Shown: positions 1-10,502, numbered from the stretch's first letter. The stretch: DNA of 58,275 nucleotides from a virus (IMGVR_UViG_3300046697_000236:1-58275); one strand, 5' to 3'. Made by a program: numbers and translations. The notes: generated by a model not told the origin, from the sequence alone.

Positions 1-476
1 TATTGCAGGATATTATTCGATAATGTTTTTAAATAAATACTGTCTACCCAAGCTGAATCGACTAAAGAGTATTTATTAAAATAGGAATGTAAATTAGTAG
101 GATAGCTAGCTAAACCACTTCCCAATATCGTAAATGCCTTAATGCCATTATTTTTAATATAAAAAAACGTATCTGTTTTGGCAACAGTAACAAAAGAATT
201 AAAATAAAAAGGTCGTAACGATGAAGGAGTAAGCAAAACACCAATAACGGATCCGGTATTTTTCATTATTCTTAAATATGAATCATAGTATGCCGAAGTA
301 TAAGTGGATCCTATCGCATCAAAATAATTTGCATCAAGATAGGTGGCCCCAAATCTACCGTTATAATAAATCAAGGAATCTGCACTTGTGGGGAGTGCCG
401 ATCCTACAGTGGCTCTATAAATAATTCCTTTTGCTGATGCGGACAGATATGGTTTATATGCTCCCGATGAATATTG
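1..476. repeat. Terminal direct repeat, left copy (476 bp; circular-assembly overlap)
   Basis: tattgcagga...gatgaatattg at 1-476 recurs at 57800-58275; it lies inside an ORF that reads through the join. Confidence 0.95.
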
Positions 477-659
477 TAGGATATTATTAGTTGGTGTCAT
501 TGTTGTAGTAACCCAGTCTCTTGTTGCCAACAAATGACCACAGTATCTCAACAAGGATTGTTTGGCATATAAATCCAAAGTGTCTCCCGTCCTGGAGGTG
601 ATGAATTGACCAAAAGAAATCAATGGCGTGAATAATAATATAAAAAGTATTTTTCTCAT
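1..659 (-). CDS. 5' part of tail fibre/spike-like protein; continues across the circular join into 56620-57799 (about 612 aa in total)
   Basis: ATG at 659 overlaps the TGA of the upstream ORF; MRKILFILLFTPLISFGQ... is in frame with the track ORF 56620..58173. Confidence 0.8.
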   Translation of the reverse strand, partial: MRKILFILLFTPLISFGQFITSRTGDTLDLYAKQSLLRYCGHLLATRDWVTTTMTPTNNILQYSSGAYKPYLSASAKGIIYRATVGSALPTSADSLIYYNGRFGATYLDANYFDAIGSTYTSAYYDSYLRIMKNTGSVIGVLLTPSSLRPFYFNSFVTVAKTDTFFYIKNNGIKAFTILGSGLASYPTNLHSYFNKYSLVDSAWVDSIYLKTLSNNILQ

Positions 660-1132
660 CATACCGTCCTCCACCTCCACGTACCTGTTACTGCCTTGCC
701 TATGTATACCAATGTTTGATTTGCATTTATGTTTTGATAATCCAGATTCTGCCGTTGTCCGTTATTGTCAAATATAGTAATGACCGTATCCAGATTGTTA
801 TTATTAGCATTATGGGTAATTGTTGCGTTTTGATTTCCGTCTTGAATAGTATTTGTAAAAGTTCCTCTTAATATATTTACGTTGCCTCCCTGTATAAGCG
901 CTAATTGAGAAGTAATATAATCCATCAATGCAGAAAATACAACTTTAAATCCCGGATCATCTACATTTGATTTATCACCAATATTCTGTAGGTATTTTTG
1001 TTTCCAAGCCACTGCCGAAGTTGGAGGAGACTGAACGGCGAGCTGACCGGACTGTACATATTGATTTATGATAGTCTGGCAGATTGCCTCTACTCCATTT
1101 ATTATTGCATTATATTGATCTGATGGATTCAT
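659..1132 (-). CDS. Hypothetical virion protein
   Basis: 157-aa ORF translationally coupled within the late operon. Confidence 0.55.
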   Translation of the reverse strand: MNPSDQYNAIINGVEAICQTIINQYVQSGQLAVQSPPTSAVAWKQKYLQNIGDKSNVDDPGFKVVFSALMDYITSQLALIQGGNVNILRGTFTNTIQDGNQNATITHNANNNNLDTVITIFDNNGQRQNLDYQNINANQTLVYIGKAVTGTWRWRTV

Positions 1133-1767
1133 TACAATGTGTTTATCTTTATTAATTGTTCAAATTGCATTAAACAATATTGTGCAGCCTTGTCATTTTG
1201 AAAAATCTGTGCTAATTTCATTGCAGTATACCAACCCACAAATCTGCCTAAGTCATCATAGAATGTCTGTATCATGTTATTCACATCCCTTGTATATTTT
1301 GGGATATAATGACCCGTTGCTGTGTCTGTAGACAACACCGAATAACATTCCATTTGTTGAGGTGACCCAAGTGGTCCGGGTATCCTTACACATACCGGCT
1401 TGGACACCCCGCCACGAGTGTATGGATTATGCTGTAAATGATGATTAGGATTATCCAGGGAAATCTCATCATGGCATGGATAAAGCCAACTTGTAAATTG
1501 AATATCGGCTAATCGTACATAGTCAATCGGCAAATTAACGACAGCCTTCCCATTCACGATTGATAAAATTGCAGGAATCCATATAGTCGCCTGCAGTAAA
1601 TGCCTTGGTATTAATCGCTGGCTCTCATCCGCTGAATCATCAAGTATCTGATTGATATAGAAATCTAAAGGTTTAGGGTCACTATTTGTGACAATCATTC
1701 CTTCAAACCCCGATGGGAGTTCATCTAGTATTGCTTTTATTAACAATATTTGATTTGCCCTCGTCAT
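1132..1767 (-). CDS. Putative head-tail adaptor (tail tubular protein A-like)
   Basis: LPIDYVRL motif typical of podoviral adaptors; size and position downstream of the capsid gene. Confidence 0.5.
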   Translation of the reverse strand: MTRANQILLIKAILDELPSGFEGMIVTNSDPKPLDFYINQILDDSADESQRLIPRHLLQATIWIPAILSIVNGKAVVNLPIDYVRLADIQFTSWLYPCHDEISLDNPNHHLQHNPYTRGGVSKPVCVRIPGPLGSPQQMECYSVLSTDTATGHYIPKYTRDVNNMIQTFYDDLGRFVGWYTAMKLAQIFQNDKAAQYCLMQFEQLIKINTL

Positions 1768-1770
1768 CCA

Positions 1771-2277
1771 TTATACTATTTTAGGAAATATAATATTTAA
1801 TTTATCGGCTACTGATAATATGGCTGGTTTATTTTGCAATGTTTCGGGCACTAATGTAAAGTGACTTAAAAGATAATCTCTGGCTTCTTGGCAGGTTTTT
1901 ATTTCTGCAAGCACTGTCTTTATTTTCAGTCTTTCCTTGATCACCACATCCGGAACCATTGGTATGACTTCCTGTGTCGAGATCAACCGATAACTTTTAT
2001 TAAACTCTGGATTCGACTCAAGTTCTTTTTGTATCTTTTCGCTTGTGGTTTGATATTTTCCGGGTATCTTTCTGGCTTCATTCTGATAGCCACCAACAAA
2101 CTGTATCTCTACACGCTTACCGTCCATATAAAAAGGAAATGAAAGCCTGAGAGCATAGATAGATTGATAAACTTTTATTGTTTCTTTTTTTACAGCTACT
2201 GCCTTTTTTAGTTCCTCTGCTTGCTGAATAATTGGATCTAGGGTATCTGTAACTTGTTCATCTTTTTTCTTTGCCAT
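1771..2277 (-). CDS. Hypothetical protein
   Basis: 168-aa ORF immediately downstream of the capsid gene. Confidence 0.6.
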   Translation of the reverse strand: MAKKKDEQVTDTLDPIIQQAEELKKAVAVKKETIKVYQSIYALRLSFPFYMDGKRVEIQFVGGYQNEARKIPGKYQTTSEKIQKELESNPEFNKSYRLISTQEVIPMVPDVVIKERLKIKTVLAEIKTCQEARDYLLSHFTLVPETLQNKPAILSVADKLNIIFPKIV

Positions 2278-2294
2278 GTGTTTATTATATTAGT

Positions 2295-2324
2295 AGGTAG
2301 GAGAGGGTTCAATCTCTCCTACCT
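2295..2324 (-). terminator. Stem-loop just after the capsid gene (attenuator or mRNA-stabilising hairpin)
   Basis: 11-bp perfect inverted repeat aggtaggagag/ctctcctacct; no U-tract. Confidence 0.55.
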
Positions 2325-2330
2325 GATATT

Positions 2331-3704
2331 TTAGGAATTCGGTGTGATAACGCAATGAGTTGCTGTGTGAACGGTCAAAATGGAGAATGATTCATCACCA
2401 AAATAAGCGTTGACATTACGCTGTCCTGATTCTTTCAGCATAAGTTTGTTTAAAGCAAATGGGAATAAATCAGCACGTATGATATTATTAAGATCAATGA
2501 TGACACCCCAATCAGAATAGCCCTGACCAACAATATCAAAGATCGGATGATATTTAATATTCAACGTTCCGAATGGTGAATTGTATTGACTAAAATTGAT
2601 ACCGAATACGGCGGTTGTATTCTTAGCTTCGATCTGCTTCAGGTAGCTCTGTGATCCCATCAAGGCATTGATGAGATTCGAACCTGCGAACATAAATCTT
2701 TCGGGAGTACCATTGTTTGCTGCAAATACTTGCTTCATCATGGCCCTCATGTCCTCATCAGTGAAAGTATGGTTTCCGGCAGTTTCACCTGCTTTACCAT
2801 ATTTAAACATATTATTAGGAGCTACTTTTTGGATAAAGCCACCCATCATATATACAGTATCATTGATACTATTTACTACTGTTCCCATCTGTCCAAAAAG
2901 GAAGGTGGAATCCAAGGAAGCTTTGTAATCATAAATACGATCACGTTCTACGGTTGTGAAATCAAAATCAGAAAACTCTTTTTTCTGGAATCTTTCTACA
3001 AAGGTTTCTTCAAACTGAATACCGAAACGCTGACAATAGTTATTCTCATTGTTCGGTATACGAGCATAAGCACTTATCTGTGCAGCCTTTTCTGACATCG
3101 ACGATCCACAACGGCCAATAGATGTGCTAATTGGTAAAGCTGGCAGATCAGGGGCATTAGGTCCCTGTGTGTAAACCACCATCGAATTTCCTCCGATATT
3201 CACAGAGTCTACATATACCATAATATTCTGCGTAGGATCACTTGTGTTAATAGTAACAAGGCATGTATCTCCAGCATTCCACATGCGTGGGTTGTTAACC
3301 AACAGAGTTCCATAAGCCTGTCCCGGTACGTGGGTGTATGCTGCCGATAAGGTATCGCCAAATTCACGACCCTGCAAAGCATAATCTCTCACGGTCCAAC
3401 CTTCAGCCTTCATGCTTCGTTTTGATTCATGGATCATGGTATCAAGGGGAGCGATAGATGGATATTGTTCAATCAATTTCTGATAGACAGCAGGCAGATT
3501 CATTACTGATGTTGCCGTAGTATCTACCGCACCAGCACCACTGGTTCCTTCAACTACCGTGGTGGCTCCAAGTGCCATTATCGAACTGCCACCCAGTCCC
3601 ATAACTGCCAAGAGGTTCACTCCGGCCATTCCGCAAACCACAATAGCTGTGCCAAATAAGGCCAGCGAAAATAGCGCTACTCGTTTTAAATTTATTTTTT
3701 TCAT
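2331..3704 (-). CDS. Major capsid protein (SU10/DUF5309-like) with hydrophobic N-terminal extension
   Basis: NYCQRF, FLFGQ, MGG and SPFGTLNI..HP motifs; follows a scaffold-like gene and is followed by a hairpin. Confidence 0.75.
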   Translation of the reverse strand: MKKINLKRVALFSLALFGTAIVVCGMAGVNLLAVMGLGGSSIMALGATTVVEGTSGAGAVDTTATSVMNLPAVYQKLIEQYPSIAPLDTMIHESKRSMKAEGWTVRDYALQGREFGDTLSAAYTHVPGQAYGTLLVNNPRMWNAGDTCLVTINTSDPTQNIMVYVDSVNIGGNSMVVYTQGPNAPDLPALPISTSIGRCGSSMSEKAAQISAYARIPNNENNYCQRFGIQFEETFVERFQKKEFSDFDFTTVERDRIYDYKASLDSTFLFGQMGTVVNSINDTVYMMGGFIQKVAPNNMFKYGKAGETAGNHTFTDEDMRAMMKQVFAANNGTPERFMFAGSNLINALMGSQSYLKQIEAKNTTAVFGINFSQYNSPFGTLNIKYHPIFDIVGQGYSDWGVIIDLNNIIRADLFPFALNKLMLKESGQRNVNAYFGDESFSILTVHTATHCVITPNS

Positions 3705-3728
3705 TGTTTTGTTTATTTTACGTTTATA

Positions 3729-4529
3729 CTATTTCTTTTTTGAAATTTCTTTTTGTTTGGCTACTTCTCTCCAGTCCACGTCCTTGCCGTCTTTTTCTTT
3801 TGCTGGAACTGGTGATCCGGATTCGCTGGCGGCAACGATATTGGGCAATACTGGTTTCTCCGTAGTTATTTTCCTTTCTTTGATCTTGGTATTAAGTCCT
3901 TCGTTTTTACCATCCTCATGCGCTTCGGCAATCTTGGCTTGTGCTGTGAATCCTTCGTGTAGTTTTGCGATATGTTCGGGTGTCAATTTTCCATCATAAA
4001 GAGCCTGATGCATATCATTAATATGATCAACGAATGCTTTATGATCTTCATCGGATAATCCTTTCTCTTTCTTGAAGTTTTCCAGGTTCTTGCGGGACTC
4101 GGAAAGGTTCTTATTCAGTTCTTCACTGCGTTTCTTCATTCCCTCGACCTTGGCTTTTCTTTCACCAACAGCGGCTTTCATGTCCTCTGCTCCTTGCTCA
4201 CCATCACCGGGAACCAATTCTTCTGGATCAAAATGCGCTCCAATTGCAGACATGATGGTTTTGCGCTTACCCGTGGCATGATCACGAATCACGTCCGCCA
4301 ATCGGGGTTCTGCATGAAAAGCATCACTCATGATGTCCTTAAATTCACCATCTTTTTTTGATGTCTCGATAAGTGATTTGAGTTTTTCGGCTGCCTGTTC
4401 GGGAGTGGTTATCTTTTCTTCCGGATATCCTGCGGCAATTATTTCATGAAGCTGAACCGGAGTGGCTGCGGCTTCTGTAGGTTTAACTTCTGCGGGCGTA
4501 GCGACGGTATTATCTTTATTTTCAGACAT
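3729..4529 (-). CDS. Capsid scaffolding protein (putative)
   Basis: Highly charged coiled-coil protein directly upstream of the capsid gene. Confidence 0.6.
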   Translation of the reverse strand: MSENKDNTVATPAEVKPTEAAATPVQLHEIIAAGYPEEKITTPEQAAEKLKSLIETSKKDGEFKDIMSDAFHAEPRLADVIRDHATGKRKTIMSAIGAHFDPEELVPGDGEQGAEDMKAAVGERKAKVEGMKKRSEELNKNLSESRKNLENFKKEKGLSDEDHKAFVDHINDMHQALYDGKLTPEHIAKLHEGFTAQAKIAEAHEDGKNEGLNTKIKERKITTEKPVLPNIVAASESGSPVPAKEKDGKDVDWREVAKQKEISKKK

Positions 4530-4575
4530 ATTGATATGATTTTGTTTGGTACTTTATTTGTACATTAGTAGCAAT

Positions 4576-4639
4576 CAAAATTAACAGTTGTTAATATCTT
4601 GTTTATAGGAATAAACTATTGTCTTGTGGGGGACTCCTA
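4576..4639 (-). promoter_or_regulatory. Late promoter 1: TAATTTTG -7 box plus upstream ATAGGAAT...TGGGGGACTCC element
   Basis: Bacteroidota TAnnTTTG box at 4576-4583 (-); the 35-bp element at 4605-4639 is 26/35 identical to 30919-30953 and at the same spacing. Confidence 0.6.
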
Positions 4640-4675
4640 TGATTTTATATATTTGCTTTTCAATTACACTAAAGA

Positions 4676-4900
4676 ATGCACGGAAAAACAATTGAACGTG
4701 ATTCCACAAAATTGAAGTATGAGAAAGTTTTTGCTGTTTATGAGAGTGTTTTAAAAGGTTACGGGAAGCTGGCCACGAGTATTTCAAGGAAAAAGATCTA
4801 TGAGGATACTTCTGATAGTCTTAAATCCATGAATATATTTTACGAACCTTCTACAGTGTTAGATATTATATGCAATTATTTTCATTGTGGAAAACATTGA
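4676..4900 (+). CDS. Small hypothetical protein, possible late transcription regulator
   Basis: 74-aa ORF next to the divergent promoter, overlapping the terminase start. Confidence 0.45.
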   Translation: MHGKTIERDSTKLKYEKVFAVYESVLKGYGKLATSISRKKIYEDTSDSLKSMNIFYEPSTVLDIICNYFHCGKH

Positions 4901-6851
4901 GGAAATAATAAAGGAGAATAAAAAACGACTCACAGAACTTTATTCTCCGTATGACCCCATCAAGGGAATCGGTTCACCTATCCCAAGAACCGAATTGAAC
5001 TATTCATATAACAATGAGCAGCAATCATGGATGTGTCCCAATGAGATGATTGAATCAACTCCCTTAATCAAAGGACTTCTCGAAGCAAAATCTATAGAAA
5101 TATTATCACAGAAATACTCTCTCATCAAAGAAGAATTACATAAATGGATTTTTGATGAACGCATTAAATTTGACTTTGAATTCTGGGCTTACGTAAATGC
5201 AAAGATTCAAGACAAAGACACAAAGCAGATAATTCCTTTTCTTCTTAATCGCGCTCAACGAATATTATTAGAAAGACTGGAAGCAATGAGGCGAGCCGGT
5301 AAGTCTATCCGTGCTATACTTTTAAAAGCAAGACAGTGGGGTGGATCAACTTTGGTTCAGATATATATGTCGTGGATACAATTAGTTCATAAGACAAACT
5401 GGCATTCCGCGATAGTGGCAGACGTAGAAGATCAGACCAGAAATATTCGTGGGATGTATAATCGACTTATTGATAATTACCCAATTAAATTAACTTTCGC
5501 TCCATTCCAGGGATCATCAAAAAACAAGATCATATCTGAGCGTGGAAATATAGTAGGAATAGGATCAATGCAGAAGCCCGAAAATTTACGATCCTTCGAC
5601 TTTGCCATGCTACACTTATCTGAGGTTGCGAGTTGGAAAGAAACCTTAGGAAAGAAACCAGAGGATTTAGTACAGTCAACACTCGTGCCCACTGTCCCCA
5701 ATGTGCCATATTCCCTTATAGTAATGGAGTCAACGGCTAAAGGTGTAGGTACTTTTTTTCATAAAGAATGGGTGTCTGCCGAAGAAGGAAGGTCTGGATT
5801 TGATCCTGTGTTTATTCCTTGGTTTGCGATTGAGCGCTATCAGGAGGAAATTAAGAATTACAAAAAGTTCATCAGCACCTTTACTCCATATCATGAATTT
5901 TTATGGGAATCCGGAGCGACACTGGAAGGAATTAATTGGTATTTTAATTATAAAAAGGAATATAATTATGATGATTGGCGAATGCAATCCGAATTTCCAA
6001 CCAATTCAAAAGAAGCCTTCAACTCCACCGGTAAGAGAGTTTTCCCACCACTGTATGTTCAGAACATCAGAAAGGGCTGCCGTTCACCATTGTATATTGG
6101 TGATATTTTCCCAAATGGAATACGTGGAGAATCAGCTCTAAAAAACATAGAGTTTCAGAGATATAATAACGGCAATGCTTGTGTTTGGGCATTGCCGGAC
6201 TCCAGTGTGAAGGTTTCCAATCGTTATGTCGTAACCCTGGATATTGGAGGTAAAAGAGAAGGTGCGGATTGGTCGGTGATAAAAGTTATTGATCGGTACT
6301 GGATGATTGATGGAGGGAACCCAGAAACGGTATTTACATGGCGCGGACATTTGGATGCCGACTTGGTGGTATGGAAGGGAATACAGGTAGCTAAATTTTA
6401 TAATGATGCCTTATTCTGCCCGGAGGATAATTCTATTGAGCGCAAGGAATCAACCGAAGGTGATCACTTTTTGACAGTAATAGATGAGATCAAGGAAGTA
6501 TACGACAACATATACTGCCGCACACCAATCGAGAGGGTTATTGAGGGAGTTCCGGCCCAATATGGATTCTGGACGGGAACCAAGAATAAAGGAATGATCA
6601 TTGATAATTTTATTGCCTGTTGCAGAGAATTAGAATTCACGGAAAGAGACTCAAGGGTTTGTGATGAGATGGACCAATATGAATTAAAAGCCAATGGAAC
6701 ATTTGGAGCGGTTGATGGTGCTCATGACGATTTGGTCATGGCCACCGCGATAGGTCTTTGGTTGGCTATCTCATGCATGGAGAGACCTATTGAGATCATA
6801 CAAAAGACAACGAAAACCAAAAGACCTCCAAGAATTGAAGAAATAATATGA
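4887..6851 (+). CDS. terL: Terminase large subunit
   Basis: ILLKARQWGGST Walker A, LHLSEVA Walker B, MESTAKG motif III, TLDIGG and HDDLVMA nuclease motifs. Confidence 0.92.
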   Translation: MENIEEIIKENKKRLTELYSPYDPIKGIGSPIPRTELNYSYNNEQQSWMCPNEMIESTPLIKGLLEAKSIEILSQKYSLIKEELHKWIFDERIKFDFEFWAYVNAKIQDKDTKQIIPFLLNRAQRILLERLEAMRRAGKSIRAILLKARQWGGSTLVQIYMSWIQLVHKTNWHSAIVADVEDQTRNIRGMYNRLIDNYPIKLTFAPFQGSSKNKIISERGNIVGIGSMQKPENLRSFDFAMLHLSEVASWKETLGKKPEDLVQSTLVPTVPNVPYSLIVMESTAKGVGTFFHKEWVSAEEGRSGFDPVFIPWFAIERYQEEIKNYKKFISTFTPYHEFLWESGATLEGINWYFNYKKEYNYDDWRMQSEFPTNSKEAFNSTGKRVFPPLYVQNIRKGCRSPLYIGDIFPNGIRGESALKNIEFQRYNNGNACVWALPDSSVKVSNRYVVTLDIGGKREGADWSVIKVIDRYWMIDGGNPETVFTWRGHLDADLVVWKGIQVAKFYNDALFCPEDNSIERKESTEGDHFLTVIDEIKEVYDNIYCRTPIERVIEGVPAQYGFWTGTKNKGMIIDNFIACCRELEFTERDSRVCDEMDQYELKANGTFGAVDGAHDDLVMATAIGLWLAISCMERPIEIIQKTTKTKRPPRIEEII

Positions 6852-7189
6852 GCAAGCAATCATCATATCAAAAATTAAAAGATAAGAATCTTGAATTAAG
6901 AAAAAGAATAATACAACTTGAGTCGGATATTTATATTATAATTGAGCATCCGAACTCCGAAAGAGCAATTGTGATAAGAACAATCTCTCTCTTTAAGCAC
7001 GTTTCAGAAAACATGCTTTTGTTTGGGAATTTACCCCGTCTCGAAGAAAATAAAACATCTAGTGGATTTCTTGACATGATTAGCCAAAATAAATTTGTTA
7101 ATAAACCTAACTTTATTAACTTTGCTTTAGCTCACAAGGAGTCCATCTGGGACAATATAAAGAAAATAATAAAATGGAAAACCCGATAA
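6848..7189 (+). CDS. Hypothetical protein
   Basis: Coupled ORF in + strand operon. Confidence 0.55.
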   Translation: MSKQSSYQKLKDKNLELRKRIIQLESDIYIIIEHPNSERAIVIRTISLFKHVSENMLLFGNLPRLEENKTSSGFLDMISQNKFVNKPNFINFALAHKESIWDNIKKIIKWKTR

Positions 7190-7521
7190 TACCAAAACAG
7201 AGTTGGCTTGATTTTACCTGGCAGTATTTTAGCTTGACAAAACAACAGCAAGATTTATCAAAAGCCATTGCGCTTGCCAATAAAAAGGCAGTTGCTTATA
7301 ATAAACAATATTATGTCTTTCGTTGGGAAAATGGAATGTTCTATGTTTTGAATAGAATAGAGATTGAGGACATGAAGAAAAAAGGTGTTTTCTCCTATGC
7401 GTTCACATATGATAAAATGATCGAAAGGAAATTACATATTGCCATTCCGCCGAAGCCCGGAGAGAAGGTAAATAAAATAACCACGTGGAAAAGAATTATT
7501 AATTGGTTCACAACAAAATGA
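7174..7521 (+). CDS. Hypothetical protein
   Basis: Overlapping ORF in operon. Confidence 0.55.
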   Translation: MENPIIPKQSWLDFTWQYFSLTKQQQDLSKAIALANKKAVAYNKQYYVFRWENGMFYVLNRIEIEDMKKKGVFSYAFTYDKMIERKLHIAIPPKPGEKVNKITTWKRIINWFTTK

Positions 7522-7811
7522 TACGTAATAAAGAAAAAGACATCATGGGTGATTCTGTTTTTATGGAAAAGGCAATGCGTGTAAATATTGGAGATAAGCC
7601 AAGATTTACACACGGAGTTCACCACATAAACAAAGAAGGATTGAAGTTTTTCTATGAGTCTTTGGGACACGAGGCGTTTAAGACATTCATGAATACACAT
7701 GATGTTTATACAAATAAAAAAGGACTTCGTTTCGTAAGAAGAAGATATGGAAAACGAAACGAAGTAAAAACACATATAAGGATATTTTTACGTAACATTA
7801 AAAACTTATAA
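7518..7811 (+). CDS. Hypothetical basic protein
   Basis: ATGA-coupled start at 7518 within track ORF 7503..7811. Confidence 0.5.
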   Translation: MIRNKEKDIMGDSVFMEKAMRVNIGDKPRFTHGVHHINKEGLKFFYESLGHEAFKTFMNTHDVYTNKKGLRFVRRRYGKRNEVKTHIRIFLRNIKNL

Positions 7812-7812
7812 C

Positions 7813-8214
7813 ATGGGATTTAATAAAGTATTAATATTGGCACAGATCATTGTGGATCCAAGAATACAATACAGGGATAATGGAGATGCTTTCTGTGTGG
7901 TAAATGGGATTGAAGAAAACTTTATAAAAAGTGCGGATGGAGTTATAAAAAAAGAAATCAAAACACATAGATTTTACATGATCGCGCAAGTAGCAGAAAC
8001 TTTTGCGAAGATTGTTAGTAAAAATGACAACATTTTATTTGAAGGTAAAATAGAACCTATTCAGAAAATCAGAGATGGAAAAGCATTTATATTATCGGAA
8101 TTCAGAATTACTCATTTTACACAGATTCAACCACGTCAAGAAACCAATGATGTTGTAAGTAAACGTGTAGATGAAGAAATACAATCGCATATTGAATTTG
8201 AGGATTTAAAATGA
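7813..8214 (+). CDS. Single-stranded DNA-binding protein-like (divergent)
   Basis: MGFNKVLILAQIIVDPRIQY resembles the SSB N-terminus; FEGKI motif; acidic tail. Confidence 0.6.
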   Translation: MGFNKVLILAQIIVDPRIQYRDNGDAFCVVNGIEENFIKSADGVIKKEIKTHRFYMIAQVAETFAKIVSKNDNILFEGKIEPIQKIRDGKAFILSEFRITHFTQIQPRQETNDVVSKRVDEEIQSHIEFEDLK

Positions 8215-8420
8215 CGGCAATAGAGGTAAATAAGGTATTAATGGCAATCAAGCCGAAACATTTGACTTATCAATCATTTAGCGAAAAGAATATTGGTAAG
8301 AGAACTACTGTTGTTTATTTCAAATTGATAATAAAGCATCTCACAATAGAGGGATCTATAAAAGATGATCATGAATTATATCAGCATTTTAAAATGATGC
8401 TTAAAGGACAACGGGAATGA
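8211..8420 (+). CDS. Hypothetical protein
   Basis: ATGA-coupled at both ends. Confidence 0.55.
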   Translation: MTAIEVNKVLMAIKPKHLTYQSFSEKNIGKRTTVVYFKLIIKHLTIEGSIKDDHELYQHFKMMLKGQRE

Positions 8421-8800
8421 AAGAAGAACTTGATAGGATATTTAGTATATGGGTTCGCATAAACACATCTGATTATAATGGGTTTGTTGAATGTTGCTAT
8501 TGTGGCAAAATCGTACATTGGAGGGAATCGGAGAACTGTCATTATATAGATCGTAGGCATATCGTGTCGAGGTGGGATGAGATTAATTGTAATCCAGGGC
8601 ATGCCAAATGTAACCGAATAAATGATCGACTCAAATATAGGTCATTTCTTATTAAAAAACATGGCGAGCTTTCCGTATTAAAACTTGAGCAGAGAAAACA
8701 TATGGTGTGTCGGCTTATGTCGCACGAATTGGAAGAAATGATTGAGCGATATAAAAGTGAAATTTTGGTTTTATCTAAACAAAAGGGATTGGCGCTATGA
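8417..8800 (+). CDS. NinG/Rap-like recombination endonuclease
   Basis: LDRIFSIWVR, CCYCG, HYIDRRH, RWDEINC and CN motifs. Confidence 0.75.
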   Translation: MKEELDRIFSIWVRINTSDYNGFVECCYCGKIVHWRESENCHYIDRRHIVSRWDEINCNPGHAKCNRINDRLKYRSFLIKKHGELSVLKLEQRKHMVCRLMSHELEEMIERYKSEILVLSKQKGLAL

Positions 8801-8943
8801 AAAACAGAGGCTGCTTGATAATGATATTTTTATTGATCGTATTTATTGTGTTAATGGTTATTTCATGTAAGGCGAATAACAAAACATCAAAGAATAGGCA
8901 GGGATTATATAAATCAAATTACAATTACTTTTATCACCCATAA
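8797..8943 (+). CDS. Small lipoprotein (48 aa; not in ORF track)
   Basis: MKNRGCLIMIFLLIVFIVLMVISC lipobox; ATGA-coupled to the ninG-like gene. Confidence 0.5.
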   Translation: MKNRGCLIMIFLLIVFIVLMVISCKANNKTSKNRQGLYKSNYNYFYHP

Positions 8944-8954
8944 ATCTTAAATAT

Positions 8955-9431
8955 ATGACATTAACAACATTTGTAAAAACTAATTTAAAAAAAGATTTCT
9001 CTAATAGAAAAGAGATTTTAAATCGAGCTATTAAGGAAATGCATGCTACACCGAAGCAATTTTCTAATGTTATTTCTGACATCAATCGCAGGTCAGGTTG
9101 GAATAATTATCCGAACAAGGCAGGTAGGGGTTCCAAGGTAGAGATTAATACAGACATACAAGTCGAACGGAAGATAGGTATCAGTATTGATCAGTTCCGG
9201 AAGAAACATGATATATTTCATATTGTTTCCGAGGCCGCCCGGAAACTCAAAAAGGATGTTTTTCTTACCGAGTCAGAATTTGTGCAAGTAAATGGAATTC
9301 GCATGGTAGGCTATCGGGATGCTCTCGGATTGCCAGAGAACTCAAAATATAAAGGGAAAGCTGGATCGACTATTTATTGGTCGCACCCAGACACTATTCG
9401 CCAAATGAAATCAGAAGGAACTTTAATATAA
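8955..9431 (+). CDS. Hypothetical protein
   Basis: 158-aa ORF in operon. Confidence 0.6.
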   Translation: MTLTTFVKTNLKKDFSNRKEILNRAIKEMHATPKQFSNVISDINRRSGWNNYPNKAGRGSKVEINTDIQVERKIGISIDQFRKKHDIFHIVSEAARKLKKDVFLTESEFVQVNGIRMVGYRDALGLPENSKYKGKAGSTIYWSHPDTIRQMKSEGTLI

Positions 9432-9437
9432 ACAAAC

Positions 9438-10502
9438 ATGAAGAAAATAGGAATCTCCGCGGACACCCTTAAGTCCAAGCATTCGGAATACAAAAAAGCC
9501 TTAGAGCAAGAACTAAAGCAATCTGCTAAAATCTTGGATGAATACAAAAAAGATCATGGAAAGCTTGAGGTTTTCTTTAATCGAATAATTGATAATATCA
9601 CTCCTGTATTGGAAGCGCCTGGTGTATATAAGCCCGTAATCATAAAGGACAATAATCCAATAACAGCCATCATGCATATAACCGACGGGCACATGGGAGC
9701 GATTCAGGAGCCTAGTGAGATAGAGGGATTTAATATGTTCAATCCAGCAATCTGTGATTCGCGACAAATAAAATATGCACAAGATTTTATTAAATGGATT
9801 ACCGTACAGCGCTTCGGTTATTCTATCAATGAATGTTCCGTCATAGTGACTGGGGACTTGATTTCTGGGGACATACATGATGAGTTGAAAATAACAAATG
9901 CCTTTCCAGTCACCGAACAAGTAATAAGGGCTGCTGAATTATTATCTAAACAAATATTATTGCTTGCGCCTCATTTTGCAAAAATAAATATTGAGTTTAT
10001 AACCGAAGATAATCATTCTCGTCTTACAAAAAAACCACAAATGAAAGAGGCTGGAATGAACTCACTTAATTATCTTGTTGGCTATATTGCAAAACTTTAT
10101 GTGGCAAAACAGAAAAATGTCGAGTTCAATATATACCCGAAGTTTGAACAAATAATACACGTGGCAACGCGCAACTATCTTATTTGTCATGGACATGGAA
10201 GTTCTAGTTGGATGGGGGTTCCGTGGTATAGCATTGAAAGGAAAATGGGCAAAGAATCTCAGGCAAGAATGCAACTAATCATGCGAGACATTGAGTTGGC
10301 CAAATCAGTTGGATTTCACAAATATATATTTGGCCACTACCACACGCCAATCGATACTGAGCTTTATTCTGGTGGCGGTAGCGTGTCCGGAACCGATGCG
10401 TTGGATCACAAAATGGGTCGTTATGCCAAACCATCACAGCCAGCATGGCTTGTTTCCCAAAAACATGGAGAATTTAATAGGATTAATTTTAATTTGGAAT
10501 GA
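9438..10502 (+). CDS. Calcineurin-like metallophosphoesterase
   Basis: ITDGH, TGDLISG, NH, CHGH and GHYH metal-binding motifs. Confidence 0.8.
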   Translation: MKKIGISADTLKSKHSEYKKALEQELKQSAKILDEYKKDHGKLEVFFNRIIDNITPVLEAPGVYKPVIIKDNNPITAIMHITDGHMGAIQEPSEIEGFNMFNPAICDSRQIKYAQDFIKWITVQRFGYSINECSVIVTGDLISGDIHDELKITNAFPVTEQVIRAAELLSKQILLLAPHFAKINIEFITEDNHSRLTKKPQMKEAGMNSLNYLVGYIAKLYVAKQKNVEFNIYPKFEQIIHVATRNYLICHGHGSSSWMGVPWYSIERKMGKESQARMQLIMRDIELAKSVGFHKYIFGHYHTPIDTELYSGGGSVSGTDALDHKMGRYAKPSQPAWLVSQKHGEFNRINFNLE

